NCBI GenBank assembly: GCA_049609145.1
Contig: JBMYYF010000003.1
Span: forward strand, 152,256-216,255
Source: Alphaproteobacteria bacterium
GTDB taxonomy: Bacteria > Pseudomonadota > Alphaproteobacteria > SPJN01
Direction of reading: 5' to 3'
DNA: 64,000 bases
Made by a program: the position numbers and the translations under genes. The notes under the pieces are model-generated. The model made no database searches and was not told the origin of the DNA. It was given only the letters and a program-made list of their open reading frames with translations. Positions 28,778 through 39,663 of the stretch are shown one piece after another (position 1 is the stretch's first letter; each line of letters starts with the position of its first letter).

Positions 28778-30097
28778 CTAGCGGTAAGCGATCATCTCCC
28801 CTTCATCATTCAAAATGATGAGTGTGCGCCGGGCAATTACCGGCGGAATAAAGCTGCCTTCACGAATATCGACCTGCCCCTTGATCTCACCCGTATAGGG
28901 CGAAACGGACACCGCCTTGCCATGGCTGGAAACCGCGATCAAACGATTGGAACCCAAAGCAGGTCCAGACCATACAATCGGGTCTTCCTGATCTTCCGGG
29001 TCTTCATATTGGGCAAGTTCAGCCACCCAACGTACCCGGCCATCAGCCCGATTCAGGCAAACCATTTTCGCTTCAACGGTCACAACAAACAGATAATCAC
29101 CCGCTACCCAGGGGGTTTGGGTAGAGGCTATGCTGCGCGTCCACACCCGTTCCCCGGTACGCAAATCAATGGCCACCAGCCGCCCGGCATGGGAAGCCGC
29201 AAAAACAAGGCCACGGTCAATAACGGGGCGACCTGCAATATCCGCCAGCGTGGAAAGCGATGTTAAGCGCCCGGTGCGGGTGAGCGAATCCTGCCAAAGC
29301 ACTTTGCCGTTTTCGGCGCGCAGCGCCACCACTTCACCCGATGTAAACGGCGCAATCACGATGTCGTCTTCAACCGCAACCGATGAATTACCCAGCAGGC
29401 CCGCAGCCTCTACCAAGGCGGCGTGCTCCCATAGGGTTTCACCATTTTTGGCATCAAGCGCGAAAAGTTGGTTATCATGGCTGATCACATAAACCCGGCC
29501 ATCGTGAAACGTGGGCGCGGCGCGAAACGGTAAGCCAATTTTGCGATGCCAAAGCGCATTCCCTGTACGCGCTTCAACGGCGATTACAAAGCCCAGCCCG
29601 GTGCTGATATACAAGCGGCCATCGCCATAGGCCAAGCCACCGCCCACATTTTCATCCGGGTCTTCACCGCGGATAGACACATTGCGGGTCCAAAACCGTT
29701 TACCTGATTTCAGATCAAAGGCGCTGACATGGCCTTCGGCATCAGCCGCAAACACAACATCGCCAACCACGATCGGCGGCACCAACAGCTTGCCGTAATC
29801 CCATGCGCCAATGCCAATACCGGCTGCCCAGCGTTCTTTCAACGGGCCGTCCAGCATTAAATGATGCATGGCATGGCTGGCATAGCCACCCGGCTGTGAC
29901 CAGTTTTCATTTACATAAGGCCGCGGCAGGCGCACAGGCACCTGGCCCAAACGCGGATCGGCCTCGATCTTGCTTTCAAAGGCAAGCACCGAAATGCGTT
30001 CGCCGCGCAGCTTGTCTTTCGGGTCAACAGAATCAGAGCACGCCGCAAGGCCCGCTACCAACACACTAACGCCAACAAAAGGTTTCAAAAACTTCAT
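28778..30097 (-). CDS. bamB: outer membrane protein assembly factor BamB (PQQ-like beta-propeller lipoprotein)
   Basis: lipobox LAAC, PQQ-like repeats, position immediately upstream of der as in E. coli yfgL-engA. Confidence 0.7.
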   Translation of the reverse strand: MKFLKPFVGVSVLVAGLAACSDSVDPKDKLRGERISVLAFESKIEADPRLGQVPVRLPRPYVNENWSQPGGYASHAMHHLMLDGPLKERWAAGIGIGAWDYGKLLVPPIVVGDVVFAADAEGHVSAFDLKSGKRFWTRNVSIRGEDPDENVGGGLAYGDGRLYISTGLGFVIAVEARTGNALWHRKIGLPFRAAPTFHDGRVYVISHDNQLFALDAKNGETLWEHAALVEAAGLLGNSSVAVEDDIVIAPFTSGEVVALRAENGKVLWQDSLTRTGRLTSLSTLADIAGRPVIDRGLVFAASHAGRLVAIDLRTGERVWTRSIASTQTPWVAGDYLFVVTVEAKMVCLNRADGRVRWVAELAQYEDPEDQEDPIVWSGPALGSNRLIAVSSHGKAVSVSPYTGEIKGQVDIREGSFIPPVIARRTLIILNDEGEMIAYR

Positions 30098-30798
30098 TGC
30101 GCTGCCTCATCTTCGGCGACGCCATCTGTTGCAGGGTCAACCGCCACCACAGGCTGGGGACGCCCCAACACATCCAGCATCGCATTCGCCCGAAAGCGCA
30201 CGCCAGCCGGTGCTTTGAAATCGCGCGACAGTTCATCATACAAGGTGCGAGCATCATCCTCACGGCCATCGCGCATCGCGTTCATGGCTTTTGCTTCCAG
30301 CGCCAGGGGACGATAGGCATTGCCCGCCTTTGTCAGCGGGGCCAGCCGGGCCTCCACCTCATCCGCAGACGCCGTATCAATTGCAATCAGTGCCGCCTTC
30401 ATGCGTGCCAGATCCCGCAAAGTGGCTGCCACGCCCGCATCCGCGGCAATGGCATCCAGCGTTGCAATGGCGCCTGCCGTATCAGGCTTGGCCACCTGCA
30501 AGGCAGCCAGATCAAACCGCGCCAAGGCCGCATAGCCTGCGGGGCTGCCATCGATCACACCGCGCAAGGCAGTTTCTGCATTGGGGGCCTGTTCCGCCAC
30601 CAAGGCCGCGGCGGCACGATAGGCTTCGGATGCTTCAACCTTGCGGTTTTGATCCCAATTTTGCCAAACCACATTGCCAACGGTGGCCGCCACAACAGCC
30701 ACAGCCGCGCCGATCAAATAGCCGCCAAAACGATCCCACAGCGCCTTCATCTGATCGCGGCGGATATCCTCATCAACTTCACTGAATACGTCGCTCAC
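30094..30798 (-). CDS. YfgM-like tetratricopeptide-repeat membrane protein
   Basis: N-terminal single TM (LIGAAVAVVAA) plus TPR-like helical domain; conserved yfgM-bamB-der synteny. Confidence 0.55.
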   Translation of the reverse strand: MSDVFSEVDEDIRRDQMKALWDRFGGYLIGAAVAVVAATVGNVVWQNWDQNRKVEASEAYRAAAALVAEQAPNAETALRGVIDGSPAGYAALARFDLAALQVAKPDTAGAIATLDAIAADAGVAATLRDLARMKAALIAIDTASADEVEARLAPLTKAGNAYRPLALEAKAMNAMRDGREDDARTLYDELSRDFKAPAGVRFRANAMLDVLGRPQPVVAVDPATDGVAEDEAAQ

Positions 30799-30916
30799 TT
30801 AAGCACTCCCGCGCCACACAAAATCACAATGGCGCTGACACTATCTATGATGTGGACGCAAATCAATCTGCGCGGCAGCGGCATTTATCCTCATTTTCAG
30901 GGATTTAGCTGGTCAC

Positions 30917-31846
30917 TCAATCCTCGGCTACCAGCGACAGCCAGGGGATTTCACCTTCCCGATCCGGCTTTGCCTCTTTTTCAGCCTCCAGGGCGGCTTT
31001 ATCGCCTGCCTTCATGGCATAGGTATGTTCTTCCCCCGGAAAGCTGCGATCGCGCACTTCCGCCGCATATTGGCCCACAGCGCCATCGATAATGCCCGCC
31101 AGATCAGCAAATTTCTTGACGAATTTCGGCACCCTGTCGCCCATGCCCAGCATATCGTCCGTCACCAATATTTGGCCATCACAGCGCGATGAGGCACCGA
31201 TACCGATCGTGGGGATATCAAGATCGCGGGTGATTTTTTCCGCCAAGGGCGCCGCCACGCCTTCAACCACAACCGCAAAGGCCCCGGCATCCTGCACGGC
31301 GCGCGCATCGGCTAAAATACCGCTCCATTCATTGCGCGAACGCCCCGCCGCCTGATAACCGCCGCGTGTGTTCACTGATTGCGGTTGCAACCCAATATGC
31401 GCAACCACGGGAATGCCGCGTTCTACCAAAAAGGCAATCTTGTCGGCCATGGCCACGCCGCCTTCCAGCTTCACGCCGGAACAGGATACTTCCTGCATGA
31501 TACGCGCCGCATTGGCATAAGCCGTTTCGGCGCTCGCCTCATAGGAACCAAAAGGCATATCTACAATCACACAAGCCTGCTCAGAGCCCCGCATAACTGC
31601 CTTGCCATGCAGGATCATCATATCCAGCGTGACGCCTACGGTGCTGTCCAGCCCATGCATGACCATGCCCAGCGAATCGCCCACAAGAATGAGATCACAA
31701 TGCGGATCAATCAATTTTGCAATCGGCGCTGTATAGGCGGTCAGGCAAACAATCGGTTCACCGTTTTTGCGCGCAGCGATACGCGGCGCTGTAATACGGC
31801 GTTTTGGGGCAGTTTTGCCTTCATTGACGGGTGGTTGTGCAGACAT
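30917..31846 (-). CDS. panB: 3-methyl-2-oxobutanoate hydroxymethyltransferase
   Basis: PanB motifs ([19 protein letters not shown]); start set at MSAQPP with a GGAGGG RBS. Confidence 0.85.
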   Translation of the reverse strand: MSAQPPVNEGKTAPKRRITAPRIAARKNGEPIVCLTAYTAPIAKLIDPHCDLILVGDSLGMVMHGLDSTVGVTLDMMILHGKAVMRGSEQACVIVDMPFGSYEASAETAYANAARIMQEVSCSGVKLEGGVAMADKIAFLVERGIPVVAHIGLQPQSVNTRGGYQAAGRSRNEWSGILADARAVQDAGAFAVVVEGVAAPLAEKITRDLDIPTIGIGASSRCDGQILVTDDMLGMGDRVPKFVKKFADLAGIIDGAVGQYAAEVRDRSFPGEEHTYAMKAGDKAALEAEKEAKPDREGEIPWLSLVAED

Positions 31847-31999
31847 TTGACCCTCCATCCGGGTTGGTGTCTTTAAGAGCAATACGGTACTTTTGCACCG
31901 CACCAGCACGCGGGGGCGCGCGGGGTGGCATTCAGAGCATTTTGACCCTTGGAATACAAGAGCAAATCTAGCAAAAAAATCGCTGAATTGCGAGTATTT

Positions 32000-33463
32000 T
32001 CAAACCAATTCCGGGGGGTGAAAGCCGCCTGTCACCCCTTCTACGGCACGACCAACCGCCAAGGTAGTTAAATCTTCCAGATAAGGCCCCATAATTTGCA
32101 CCCCAATTGGCAATTCTTGGGGCGAAAACCCGGCGCGCGTAACCGTGGCAGGCAAGCGTCCTAAAATGGCCGGTCCGGCCCATTTCAGAAAATCAATATA
32201 GGCCCGATCGGCCCCATCTACCGGCACCACCCGCTCCGCGAACGACACGTCGGTATTGTGTTCAAACGCCGCATCGGGCGACACCGGCATCAAAACCGCA
32301 TCATAGTTTTCAAAAAACGCTTCCCAGGCAGCCTGATAGGCGGCCCGCATTTCTTGATAAATTGCATGGGTGCGATAGCGCATATCGGCCCCGCGCGCCT
32401 GCAACACATCAATATCCGTGCTGTCCGGATCGCTGCCCTTGGCACGTTCCGCCAACCCTTCCAGCATTTGATCCGGCAAGCCCGACAGCACAACGGCGTT
32501 CAGCATAGGGTGATAGATTTTCATCGTCTCCGCCAAGGAGGTCGGCAATGGCGGGTCGCGATCCACCTTGGCCCCTGCCGCCTCAAGCCCATCGGCCAAA
32601 TCATTCAGCGCTTTTTTCGTCGCCGCAGAAACTGTCGCGAAAGGGTCGTCCAGCCACAGCGCCAAACGCATACCTTTTGGCTGGTTGGCCCGTGCCGCTG
32701 GCAGTTCTACGCGCCATGCCTTGGCGTCCCGCGCAGACGGACCAAGCAGAATGGGCAGCATGAGTTCCAGATCCCGTACCGAGCGGGCCAGTGGCCCCAC
32801 CACGGACAAATCATCTTCTTCCACCATGCCCGGCGGCGGTGGAATGTGCCCCCGCTTGGATACAAGCCCTAAGCTGGGCTTATGCCCCGCCACGCCGCAA
32901 TAATGCGCCGGGCAACGAATAGACCCACCAATATCGGACCCGATTTCAATCATCGTCAGCCCCGCCGCCAATGATGCCGCTGCCCCACCGGATGAACCAC
33001 CGGGCGTGCGCCCCGTATCCCACGGGTTATTCGTGGTGCCGTAAACGTCGTTATAGGTCTGCAAATCGCCGCTCATATAAGGCACATTTGTTTTGCCAAT
33101 GATGATCGCCCCGGCATCGACCACACGTTGCACCGCATCTGCATGTGCGGTGGGCACATGGTCTTTCAGTTCCGGTGCACCGCCTGTTGTGACAATACCT
33201 GCCACCTCCAGTGCATCCTTGATGGTCATTGGCAGCCCATGCAACGGCCCCAATACCTCACCCGCTGCGCGCGCCTTGTCTGCTACATCGGCGGCTTTGC
33301 GCGCCGCTGCAAAGTCTGTCACAACCACAGCATTTAGAGAGGGGTTTACCGCCTCGATCCTTGCGATCACCTTTTCCAGCAAGTCGCGCGCGGTCAGCTC
33401 GCCCGCTGCCATCGCCGCAAGCCAGCCTGTTGCATCTCTTAGTTGCAGATCATGCGCCATCAT
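32000..33463 (-). CDS. amidase (amidase-signature family)
   Basis: GGSSGG signature and Ser-cisSer-Lys context; start set at MMAHDLQL. Confidence 0.75.
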   Translation of the reverse strand: MMAHDLQLRDATGWLAAMAAGELTARDLLEKVIARIEAVNPSLNAVVVTDFAAARKAADVADKARAAGEVLGPLHGLPMTIKDALEVAGIVTTGGAPELKDHVPTAHADAVQRVVDAGAIIIGKTNVPYMSGDLQTYNDVYGTTNNPWDTGRTPGGSSGGAAASLAAGLTMIEIGSDIGGSIRCPAHYCGVAGHKPSLGLVSKRGHIPPPPGMVEEDDLSVVGPLARSVRDLELMLPILLGPSARDAKAWRVELPAARANQPKGMRLALWLDDPFATVSAATKKALNDLADGLEAAGAKVDRDPPLPTSLAETMKIYHPMLNAVVLSGLPDQMLEGLAERAKGSDPDSTDIDVLQARGADMRYRTHAIYQEMRAAYQAAWEAFFENYDAVLMPVSPDAAFEHNTDVSFAERVVPVDGADRAYIDFLKWAGPAILGRLPATVTRAGFSPQELPIGVQIMGPYLEDLTTLAVGRAVEGVTGGFHPPELV

Positions 33464-33479
33464 ATCCCCCACAATCAGC

Positions 33480-34322
33480 CTAGAACATATCGCCAAAGGC
33501 TTTGCCAAGCTCTTCGACAGCTTGCCCGGCACCTTCGCCAAGCTCCTTATCAATGCGATCCAACCCCTGTTGTTTCAACGCATCCACACCGCCATCAAGC
33601 ATTTTGTTCACATCCGCCAGATCAAGGCGTTGAACCGCGCCCAAGGCATCACCCTTCACCTTGTCGAGCAATACGGCGGCCAGTTCACCCCCGGTCATGC
33701 CGCCTTGGCGCTTGCCGATATCTGACATCAGGATATCCGGCAAATCAGAGCTGATTTCACCCAGATTGAGAAATTTGGAATGCACCGTTACCTCACCACC
33801 CGTCAGGCGGAAGTCTTCAAGGATGAACTTTTGTTCCACCCCAGATTCTGTACCATCATTTGCGCCGCCGCCCGATGAGCCGCCGCCGGTTTGTTCCTCA
33901 ACTGCTTTTTGCAGGTTTTCAACATAGGCCATCACATTGCGTTGCAGATGCTCAAGATTGGTGGAACCATCTTCCGCAATCTCTACCGTTACGCTTGGCT
34001 GGGTGACATGCACCTTGCGGATCACAATTACATCCTCGCCAATGGTGGCAGGATCAATGCCCAAGGCGATTGATCCCAACGTCAATGCCTTTTTGGTTTC
34101 ATAGCCATCGGGGTTATCCACCTCAAAACCCTTGATCTCGCCTTCGCCATCAGTGGGGGATAAATCAACATCATCCACCGTCACGTCTGATTGGGTCATC
34201 TCCGGCCCGTAAGATTCAATCGCACTTTCCAGAATTTCACCGGCATTTGTCAGCAAATATGCCAGCGCGCCACCCAAAATCAGTACCAACAGTGCGCCTG
34301 CAATCATCAATCCGCGTGTCAT
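33480..34322 (-). CDS. hypothetical acidic protein with N-terminal membrane anchor
   Basis: start MTRGLMIAGALLVLILGG preceded by an AAGGGAG RBS; Asp/Glu/Gly-rich; no confident family. Confidence 0.4.
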   Translation of the reverse strand: MTRGLMIAGALLVLILGGALAYLLTNAGEILESAIESYGPEMTQSDVTVDDVDLSPTDGEGEIKGFEVDNPDGYETKKALTLGSIALGIDPATIGEDVIVIRKVHVTQPSVTVEIAEDGSTNLEHLQRNVMAYVENLQKAVEEQTGGGSSGGGANDGTESGVEQKFILEDFRLTGGEVTVHSKFLNLGEISSDLPDILMSDIGKRQGGMTGGELAAVLLDKVKGDALGAVQRLDLADVNKMLDGGVDALKQQGLDRIDKELGEGAGQAVEELGKAFGDMF

Positions 34323-34428
34323 TACCCTGCTCCCTTTATACGCAAGTTGTATCGCCACATCATTCAAGCCTATTATGTCATGCTTAAGCTATAAAGGCAC
34401 TTTAGAATTTGGGGTAAATCAGGGGCGT

Positions 34429-34893
34429 ATGTCAGAACTGCTGGAAAATATTGCCGATTTCCTGAAACGGGAACGCGATCATTCATCGGCCGATAGCCCG
34501 CTATCAGACCGTCCACACGCCAATGCGTTGGCGGCGGCTGTTTTGTTGGTCGAGCTTGCGCGCCAGGATCAGGATTACGGCATTGAAGAACGGCAAATTA
34601 TCGCCCAATTGGTGCGGGAAAGATTTGACCTAACACCAAAAGACGCCGCCGCTTTGGCCGCCCGCGCAGAAACAGTGGAACATGCCGCCGACGACAATTT
34701 TGAATATCGCCAAACCATTCGGCAAAATTTCACCGAGACTGAGCGTCTATCCATTATCGAAATGTTGTGGCGAGTGGCGTTTGCTGATGGTGTGCTCATG
34801 CCACTGGAGGCCGATTTGATCCACCGCATTGGTGGCTCTATCGGGTTAAGCGAAACCCAGATCAATAATGCCAATCCGGCCCGCTTGCGTTAG
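34429..34893 (+). CDS. TerB-family (tellurite-resistance TerB-like) protein
   Basis: TerB-like helical pattern (ANALAAAVLLVELARQD...ERLSIIEMLWRVAFADG); start trimmed to MSELLENI. Confidence 0.55.
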   Translation: MSELLENIADFLKRERDHSSADSPLSDRPHANALAAAVLLVELARQDQDYGIEERQIIAQLVRERFDLTPKDAAALAARAETVEHAADDNFEYRQTIRQNFTETERLSIIEMLWRVAFADGVLMPLEADLIHRIGGSIGLSETQINNANPARLR

Positions 34894-34909
34894 CCCCGGC
34901 GGCTCCGCC

Positions 34910-36418
34910 TCAACCAAGCCCCGCCTGTTGCAACCCTTTTAACAAGGGCCCAACATCCAAGCGTCCACCCAGCGACCCGCGCACAACTTCCTCCACTGCG
35001 CCTGCTTCGGCAAGATCGGGGTTAAGAACCACGGCCTCTTTCGCCGCGCGCTTGGCCTCGTCAATTTGTCCATCCAAACCGTAGGCCGCCGCCAGCACAA
35101 GCCAGTTCCAATAATAGCGACGCGACAGGCCGATGGCGCGTTTTTCCGCCGCAATCGCCCCGGCAATATCACCTTCAAGCAAGCGTGCAGCGGCCACCCA
35201 GCCCCACCAGATGAACGCCATAGGATCGCGCGGCGCAATCTGCACGGCACGCTGAATATGCTGTTGCGCCTCTTCCAAATTACCCGCATTGCGCAAGGCG
35301 CGGCCCAAATGGGCGTGGGCGCGGGCATTCACCGGGTTAATATCAACCGCCCGGCGCAAATGCGGAATGGCGGTTTCCGCGTCATTCAGGGATGTCAGCA
35401 CAAACCCGTAAATAACGTTCACCATGGCATCATCGGGCGCCAGTTCCAGCGCTTTATCACCGGCGGCACGAATTTCCTGTTCGCTGACCTGATCTTTCGC
35501 CTTCAAGTTAAAGCCGCGCTTTTGCATTAAGGTGGCGGCCAACACCGCGTGCGCCATGCCGCTATCAGGCGCTTGTTCCACGGCCAAACGCGCCAGCCTT
35601 TCAGCTTCCAGCGCGCCGTCTTTTTGTTGCGCCGCCCCAACCCCGGAAAACGCCAACACCGATAAAGACCAGCTATCAAGATCATGTGGATCTGCCTTGG
35701 CGGCGCGTGCCACCTCGGCAGCTTGAATATGGTCAATCACTTCCCAGGTAATGCGTTGGGTTAGGGCTTCTTCTTCCGCCGTCAGATCATCGCAGGCACA
35801 ATCAAACCGATCTGCCCATAAATGGCGACCTGTCGCGACGTCTACCACGCGCGCGATAATGCGCACATTCTCGCCCAAGGTACGCACCGACCCTTCCACT
35901 ACATAGCGAGTACCAGCATGGGCAATTTGATGTTCCATGCCATGAACAGCACGCCCCGCCAGCACCTCATATCCTGTCATGCCCGCAAAGCCGGTGGCAA
36001 TCTCATCTGCCAATGCATGACACAGGCCGCTGCGCGCCTCGCCATCATCCAGCGGCGAAAACGGAAACACCGCAATGGTCGGACTGCCATGGGCATCTTT
36101 GTGATCTTCCACAGGGCCAGATGACCATGTTTGATCAAGCCGCCCAAAGGCCGGCAAGCGCGGCGCGAAGAAACTGCCCGCAGCCCCGCCCTTGGCAGCA
36201 CCGCTCAACATGGTGTCGATCAAGGCCGGATCAAGCGCAGATACATCAAAGCCCTGATTGTTCGTGTTGTCCCGATTATTGCCAAACAGCGCGGCTCGCA
36301 ATTGGGGAAAGGCCAGCGTGGCAACGGCAATAAGCACAGCGACACCTTCAACAACACCTTCATTGGCGTTGAGCCATTCCATCAATCTGTCGAATAGCTG
36401 TTCCAGCCCGTCCATCAC
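34910..36418 (-). CDS. tetratricopeptide repeat protein with TolB-like N-terminal module
   Basis: IAVFPFSPL...VVEGSVR pattern of the TolB-N-like domain seen in cyclase/regulator families; C-terminal TPRs. Confidence 0.5.
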   Translation of the reverse strand: MMDGLEQLFDRLMEWLNANEGVVEGVAVLIAVATLAFPQLRAALFGNNRDNTNNQGFDVSALDPALIDTMLSGAAKGGAAGSFFAPRLPAFGRLDQTWSSGPVEDHKDAHGSPTIAVFPFSPLDDGEARSGLCHALADEIATGFAGMTGYEVLAGRAVHGMEHQIAHAGTRYVVEGSVRTLGENVRIIARVVDVATGRHLWADRFDCACDDLTAEEEALTQRITWEVIDHIQAAEVARAAKADPHDLDSWSLSVLAFSGVGAAQQKDGALEAERLARLAVEQAPDSGMAHAVLAATLMQKRGFNLKAKDQVSEQEIRAAGDKALELAPDDAMVNVIYGFVLTSLNDAETAIPHLRRAVDINPVNARAHAHLGRALRNAGNLEEAQQHIQRAVQIAPRDPMAFIWWGWVAAARLLEGDIAGAIAAEKRAIGLSRRYYWNWLVLAAAYGLDGQIDEAKRAAKEAVVLNPDLAEAGAVEEVVRGSLGGRLDVGPLLKGLQQAGLG

Positions 36419-36495
36419 CTGCCCTGCCTTTTGCTGGTGCTAATGTGGGGTCTTAACGACGCAACCTCAAGGGTTGATGCACATTTCATATCCAG

Positions 36496-36948
36496 CTAGG
36501 CGATATCCGCCACCTTCAGCGCCAAAATGGCTTGCCATTTTTCATCCATCTGCGGCAACCATTTGGTCAGCAGGGGTGAGGTCGCCACCTCTTCCGCAAC
36601 GCCCTGTTGCAAGGTTAGATATTGATACATAAAGGCCGACACACGCGCATTTACGGCGCAATGCACAAACACACGCTCCCCCTCCAGCGCATCCATCAGT
36701 CGAAAAAACTTGCGCAAATGTCCAGCATTGGGCGCGTCGAACGGAATAGGCATATGGATATAGGCCATGCCATAAGACGCCGCGATATTCCCTTCTTCCG
36801 GGATCACATTGTCGGAATCATTCATCGCCAGATTGATCAAGCTTGTGTAACCCGCCCCCGCAATGTCGGCCAACTGGCTTTCGGTCGGCTGCCCACCCGT
36901 GCCGATATTCGTAATCGGCGCATAAAAATTCAAAATGTCTTCAACCAT
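36496..36948 (-). CDS. DUF442 / dual-specificity-phosphatase-like protein
   Basis: HCAVNAR CX5R phosphatase P-loop; 150 aa. Confidence 0.55.
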   Translation of the reverse strand: MVEDILNFYAPITNIGTGGQPTESQLADIAGAGYTSLINLAMNDSDNVIPEEGNIAASYGMAYIHMPIPFDAPNAGHLRKFFRLMDALEGERVFVHCAVNARVSAFMYQYLTLQQGVAEEVATSPLLTKWLPQMDEKWQAILALKVADIA

Positions 36949-36965
36949 CGCCCGGCTCCCGCTTT

Positions 36966-37373
36966 CTACACACCATAAATGCCCAACCCCAATGCAACGA
37001 CGGCAAAGGGGATTGTATAGCCCGTGAGTTTGATCTTGGCAGCCCAGCCCTTAAACGCCTCATCCGTCGTGGCACGGGCGCGTTCAATCACCCAATGAAT
37101 GCAGATCACATTCGCAATCACGGCTATGACACCCGCGGCCACTTTCACAAGCAGCAATGTCGATACCTCCGGCCAAATATCCCAAAGCAATATGGACCCA
37201 GTAATAAGCGTTAGAGACATCAACGGCCCTTCAACATAAATGTCGATTGTGCGATGCACTTGCGCAACGAAACTCTTCGTCTCCCGGCTTTTGGCCATCA
37301 GTTCCATCGCGGTTTCCCCCGCGACCAAGCCCAGCCACGCACTGGCAATAATGATGTGAAATGTTAGGAGCAT
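36966..37373 (-). CDS. DUF2269-like integral membrane protein
   Basis: 135 aa, four predicted TM helices. Confidence 0.45.
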   Translation of the reverse strand: MLLTFHIIIASAWLGLVAGETAMELMAKSRETKSFVAQVHRTIDIYVEGPLMSLTLITGSILLWDIWPEVSTLLLVKVAAGVIAVIANVICIHWVIERARATTDEAFKGWAAKIKLTGYTIPFAVVALGLGIYGV

Positions 37374-37534
37374 TTAGCCCTCCCGCCGACATTACCGGCA
37401 GCATAGGAGATTAGCGGCGCGCCGACCAGAGGGCCGACCCTTCGAGCATAGCTCTCAGGGTGTTCGTCTCTCGAATTGATGCGTCAACCCTCTGAAAGGT
37501 CCACCGGACCTTTCATTCGCTCCGCAACCGTTCC

Positions 37535-39082
37535 TCACTCCCACTCAATCGTGCCGGGCGGCTTCGACGTAATGTCATAGGTCACGCGATTGATGCCCTT
37601 CACCTCATTGATGATGCGGGTGGCGACGCGACCAAGGAATTCCATATCATAAGGATAGAAGTCTGCCGTCATGCCATCGGTTGAGGTGACGGCCCGCAAG
37701 GCGCACACGCTTTCGTAACTGCGCTCATCGCCCATCACACCCACGGTGCGCACGGGCAACAACACGGCAAAGGCCTGCCAAATTTCATCATATAATCCGG
37801 CCTTGCGGATTTCATCCAAATAGATCGCATCGGCCTTGCGCAGAATATCCGCGCGTTCCTTCGTTACCGCGCCGGGCAAACGAATGGCCAAACCGGGGCC
37901 AGGGAACGGATGGCGGTCCACAAAACTTTCGGGCAAGCCCAGTTCACGGCCCAGCACACGCACTTCATCTTTAAAGAGTTCGCGCAAAGGCTCTACCAGT
38001 TTCAGCTTCATGTAATCGGGCAAGCCGCCCACATTGTGATGGGACTTGATGGTGACAGATGGCCCCCCCGTGAAGGAGACGCTTTCAATCACATCAGGAT
38101 AAAGCGTGCCTTGGGCCAAAAATTCTGCGCCATCCACGTTGGCGGCTTCCTTGTCGAACAAATCAACAAACAACGCGCCAATGATCTTGCGCTTTTTCTC
38201 CGGGTCGTCCACGCCATCAAGCTGGCTCAGGAATTCGTCTTCGGCTTCTACATGCACCAGCGGAATATTGTAATGTTCGCGGAACAGGGAAACGACTTCT
38301 TCGCCCTCCCCCATGCGCATCAAGCCTGTATCTACAAACACGCAGGTTAGTTGCTCACCAATCGCCTCATGGATCAGCTTGGCGGTCACGGCGCTGTCCA
38401 CCCCGCCGGACAAGCCGCAAATCACCCGGCCTTCACCCACTTGTTCGCGTATTTTGGCGATCATGGTGTCTTTAAACGCGGCCATAGTCCAATCGCCGGA
38501 ACAACCACACACCTTGTGGGTAAAGTTGTTCAGCAGCTTGGCCCCTTCCAGCGAGTGCACCACCTCAGGGTGGAACTGCACGCCATAGAAACGCTTTTCA
38601 TCATTGGCGATGCCCGCAAACGGCGCATTCGGTGTGGTGGCGACAACCTTGAAGCCATCCGGCAAGGCGGTTACGCGGTCGCCATGGCTCATCCACACTT
38701 GGGATGTGTTCCCAACCGACCAAAGCCCATCGAACAAATCGCAGCTATCCGTCACTTCAATTTCGGCACGACCAAATTCCCGTTCATGGGCCGGCTCTAC
38801 TGCGCCGCCAAGTTGCGCCACCATGGTTTGTTCACCATAGCAAATGCCAAGCACGGGCACGCCCATGTCGAACACTTGGGCAGGCGCGCGCGGCGTATCT
38901 GTGCCTGTAACCGAAGCTGGCCCGCCCGACAGAATAATGCCCTGCGGATCAAAATTCTCCAGCGCTTTTTCGGCGCTTTGGAAGGGCACAATCTCGGAAT
39001 AAACGCCGCTTTCGCGCACGCGCCTTGCAATCAGCTGCGTAACCTGCGAGCCGAAATCAATAATCAGAATGCGATCTGTCAT
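37535..39082 (-). CDS. guaA: GMP synthase (glutamine-hydrolysing)
   Basis: GATase-1 domain plus ATP-PPase SGGVDS motif; C-terminal ...PGTIEWE. Confidence 0.9.
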   Translation of the reverse strand: MTDRILIIDFGSQVTQLIARRVRESGVYSEIVPFQSAEKALENFDPQGIILSGGPASVTGTDTPRAPAQVFDMGVPVLGICYGEQTMVAQLGGAVEPAHEREFGRAEIEVTDSCDLFDGLWSVGNTSQVWMSHGDRVTALPDGFKVVATTPNAPFAGIANDEKRFYGVQFHPEVVHSLEGAKLLNNFTHKVCGCSGDWTMAAFKDTMIAKIREQVGEGRVICGLSGGVDSAVTAKLIHEAIGEQLTCVFVDTGLMRMGEGEEVVSLFREHYNIPLVHVEAEDEFLSQLDGVDDPEKKRKIIGALFVDLFDKEAANVDGAEFLAQGTLYPDVIESVSFTGGPSVTIKSHHNVGGLPDYMKLKLVEPLRELFKDEVRVLGRELGLPESFVDRHPFPGPGLAIRLPGAVTKERADILRKADAIYLDEIRKAGLYDEIWQAFAVLLPVRTVGVMGDERSYESVCALRAVTSTDGMTADFYPYDMEFLGRVATRIINEVKGINRVTYDITSKPPGTIEWE

Positions 39083-39096
39083 AAGGGGAATTAAGC

Positions 39097-39597
39097 CTAT
39101 TTCTTGCCGTCTTTTTCGTCTTCGTCTTTCTTCGCGCTCAGCGCTGCCAAACGTTCCGCTTCACTCATTTGCGGACGTTCCTTAAAGGCGATAACGGCCT
39201 GCTTCAAATCTTTATATTCAGGACAATCGGCACCGCACAGGCGCAACAGGCGCTCTTTCTTCTTTTCAGCTTCTGCTTCCAGCTCCAGTGCCAAATCGGC
39301 CTTGCCGCCGCCGGACAATGCCTTGAGATCATCGGGCTCTATATCCAGCGCACCGGCATAAAATTGGCGCGCAGCCATCGGGTGATCCAGCGCCAAATGC
39401 ACATTGCCCAAGCCAATACGTGGCCGCGGATCGGCGGGATCAGCCACAACGGCTTGTTCGTAAGCTTGACGCGCCGCGGTTAAATCCCCGGCGGCCAATG
39501 CGCTATCCCCCACGGCATTCAACTTGTCGCTCATCGACAATGCATGGGCCGACAGAGTGAAAAGACTGGCAATAATCAGCAGGCACAAACGCTTCAT
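39097..39597 (-). CDS. secreted tetratricopeptide repeat protein
   Basis: signal peptide [19 protein letters not shown]; TPR-like helices; Lys/Glu-rich tail. Confidence 0.5.
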   Translation of the reverse strand: MKRLCLLIIASLFTLSAHALSMSDKLNAVGDSALAAGDLTAARQAYEQAVVADPADPRPRIGLGNVHLALDHPMAARQFYAGALDIEPDDLKALSGGGKADLALELEAEAEKKKERLLRLCGADCPEYKDLKQAVIAFKERPQMSEAERLAALSAKKDEDEKDGKK

Positions 39598-39663
39598 TTA
39601 GATCTCCAATTCCATTGCTGCTCGCTTAGCACAGCCGCGCAGGCAAGTTAAGCCGCCAGCAAA

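Noticed and set aside
28442-29266. 274-aa plus-strand ORF
   Set aside because: Antisense across the der/bamB junction. Both minus-strand genes are well supported by motifs and synteny.
30097-31092. 331-aa plus-strand ORF
   Set aside because: Antisense to the yfgM-like gene and panB. It is Arg/Cys/His-rich low-complexity sequence.
38351-39094. 247-aa plus-strand ORF
   Set aside because: Antisense to guaA.
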